DNA of 64,000 bases, taken from Laetmonice hystrix. Lineage: Eukaryota. The stretch spans positions 24,800,001 to 24,864,000 of the forward strand of contig OZ249448.1 in assembly GCA_965235115.1 (NCBI GenBank), read 5' to 3'. Below are positions 62,111-64,000 of this stretch, piece after piece; within the stretch, counting starts at the first letter, position 1; each line of letters opens with the position of its first letter. The notes under the pieces were generated by a model. That model saw only the letters and a list, made by a program, of their open reading frames with translations. It was not told the DNA's origin and did no database searches. Position numbers and translations under genes: made by a program.

Positions 62111-63137
62111 TTTGTGCCTGGTGGTAACCGAGAGCATGCTGGGAAGGGCAGGCGTCCGTGGACCTCAGCCGAGGATTACGGCTGATCCCTAGTTGACGAC
62201 TGTGGGAGATGGAGCAGGTATTGCCGACGTTAGGGACGCTGGTGGCCGTCACACCGTTATACCCCCGCCCCCTTCCCACCCCTTCACGTTGGAACGTCTC
62301 ACTGCCAGCTCCACCCCCAGGGGGCGCTAAACTCAGCCTCTTCCGCTCGCAGCAAACATTTCCATTTCGAGCTTCATGTTTCTAAATGTGGAGTGAGATG
62401 AGGACGGCAGTGGACGACTGGGAGTTAAGGATGACAACTAGGAGTTACTGAGGTCGGGTGGGAGTTAAAGGATTTACGGTGCGGAATGTTCACAACAAAA
62501 ATACAGGGCCGTTAGAGAAGAGGCGTTGTTGCAAAACAAGAGAACCAGAACTTCTGCTCTTACCATCGAGCACGCTCACGATCGCGACGTCCATTTGCTG
62601 AAATGAACGCTCATAGATATCGTACGGGAACCTGGGTAAGGCGCAGGGACGTATGGGTAATGAGGACACCGCGCTTGCCGAATTCAGCCTATTTCTTTTG
62701 AGAAGCTATATGGCGGATTTCCCCGTGACACCAGCCGAACCGCGGTGGTTAATCCAAAGACAAACACGCAGCGTAAGTTTTAATTAAAGAAATATCACTG
62801 GTTGATGCCCCTCTTCGATAGGCCTAGACCTACTTTATGTCACTGGTGTAGTAATCTAACGAGTGAGGGGGCGCACATGTTCCTATTTGGGCCGTCAGTG
62901 ATATGTAATCTGTGAGAGTCCTTTCTACAGAAGGCCGAAGATTGCCGAAAGGACTGGAACGTGAGAATGATCATAGACTTCATTCTAGACTATTTGCCCT
63001 TGCTTGTTTCCAGGGTCTGGTCGTATGATGAATCAAACCAAAAGGCTTCAGTGACTAATTAATATTCATGGTAACGTTTCATTACGAGGTACGATTACTA
63101 GTTTACACGGTCTATAAATAACTGTCCCGCATACCCG

Positions 63138-63317
63138 TGTGAATGTCCTACTAACTGCAATCAATTCCTGACCTTGAGATCATCAAATAGACAAACAGAC
63201 CATCAAAGGCGGTATAAACTATATTATGTGAATGTCCTACTAACTGCAATCAATTCCTGACGTTGAGATCATCAAATAGACAAACAGACCATCAAAGGCG
63301 GTATAAACTATATTATG
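63138..63317. repeat. 89-bp tandem, 2 copies
   Basis: TGTGAATGTCCTACTAACTGCAATC... at 63138 and 63227. Confidence 0.9.
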
Positions 63318-63811
63318 ATTGGTTATAATTAGAGATGTACAAAAAGCCCGAGTGCCTGTTTCTTTGATCTCCGCCGACGTTGCGTCCCTAGCCGCTATTT
63401 ACGTTGTAACAACGCCGTCATACGTCATTTGGCGCATGCGTGCCCGTACCAGGCTAATTCTTACCCCACCCCGCACCCGCCCCTTCTCCCTCACCCTCAG
63501 GGGGTGAAGTCAGGGGTCAGGGTTGGGGTTCAAACCAAACCCACCTCGCAGGTGACAAGTTATCTGTCTGGGCGTCTATCATGAGACGCAGCTGGTGGTT
63601 TCAATCAACAGCAGGCGACCACTAGACCTCCATGCGCATGCGCACATATAATTTGTAGAGTCTTGCTGTAAATGAATGGCCATAGCCATAGTAGTAAATA
63701 ACGATAAATTACGTCATACCAGGATGAAATCATAGCAGGCTTATATAAAGATTGACTAGTGGAAGAAAGATATTTACCTAGATTACCAGAAGTCGAAAAT
63801 AGAAAATAATT

Positions 63812-63877
63812 GTCTTGGGTGGGATTCGAACCCCAGACATTTAGCTTGAAATGCTTAAACTCTACCAATTAGCCATC
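63812..63877 (-). mobile_element. tRNA-derived SINE head / tRNA pseudogene
   Basis: Minus strand GATGGCTAATTGGTAGAG...GGTTCGAATCCCACCCAAGAC has A box TGGCTAATTGG and B box GGTTCGAATCC. The acceptor stem does not pair and the T and D stems are imperfect. An AT-rich body follows toward ~63640. Confidence 0.65.
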
Positions 63878-64000
63878 TATGTACACACATAACGCAATGT
63901 AAACAGATGTTTAAATGGAACTCGCCAGTAACTAATATTTTTGAAAAAAAAATGATTTGATGTTTCTGTAATATCATTGCGCATCTGTCTACACAAGAAT

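Noticed and set aside
63812-63880. Functional tRNA gene
   Set aside because: The acceptor stem cannot form, and the T stem and anticodon loop are non-canonical

Overview
Eukaryotic animal draft-scaffold DNA with three N gaps (6511-6771, 23031-23220, 43192-43344). A mollusc-like marine invertebrate is my inference from a SINE-like fragment; it is not established. There are no prokaryotic genes, operons, rRNA or CRISPR. About 30% of the window is about 35 mutually unrelated tandem arrays (units 10-112 bp), and these explain almost every long ORF in the supplied track. The clearest structured element is a 6,121-bp insertion at 36426-42546 with split direct repeats A1...B1A2..B2 (A=303 bp, B=272 bp, copies identical by eye). 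All three of its junctions share an AAT core and there is no target-site duplication. That is the architecture of PAT/Ngaro-type tyrosine-recombinase retrotransposons, but the body has no recognisable RT/YR ORF, so it is probably a young non-autonomous derivative. Between the arrays lie short plus-strand AG...GT segments whose open frames join in compatible phases (best chain 5553-10507). They suggest one or two intron-rich genes with no homologue I recognise, where many introns carry their own private minisatellite. Also present: a tRNA-derived SINE head (63812-63877, minus), a V-domain-like SINE fragment (29772-29902), about 12 mostly co-oriented CTCF-like motifs, and a marked excess of the palindromes TCACGTGA and TGACGTCA. 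All exon calls are by-eye predictions and need RNA-seq or homology support.
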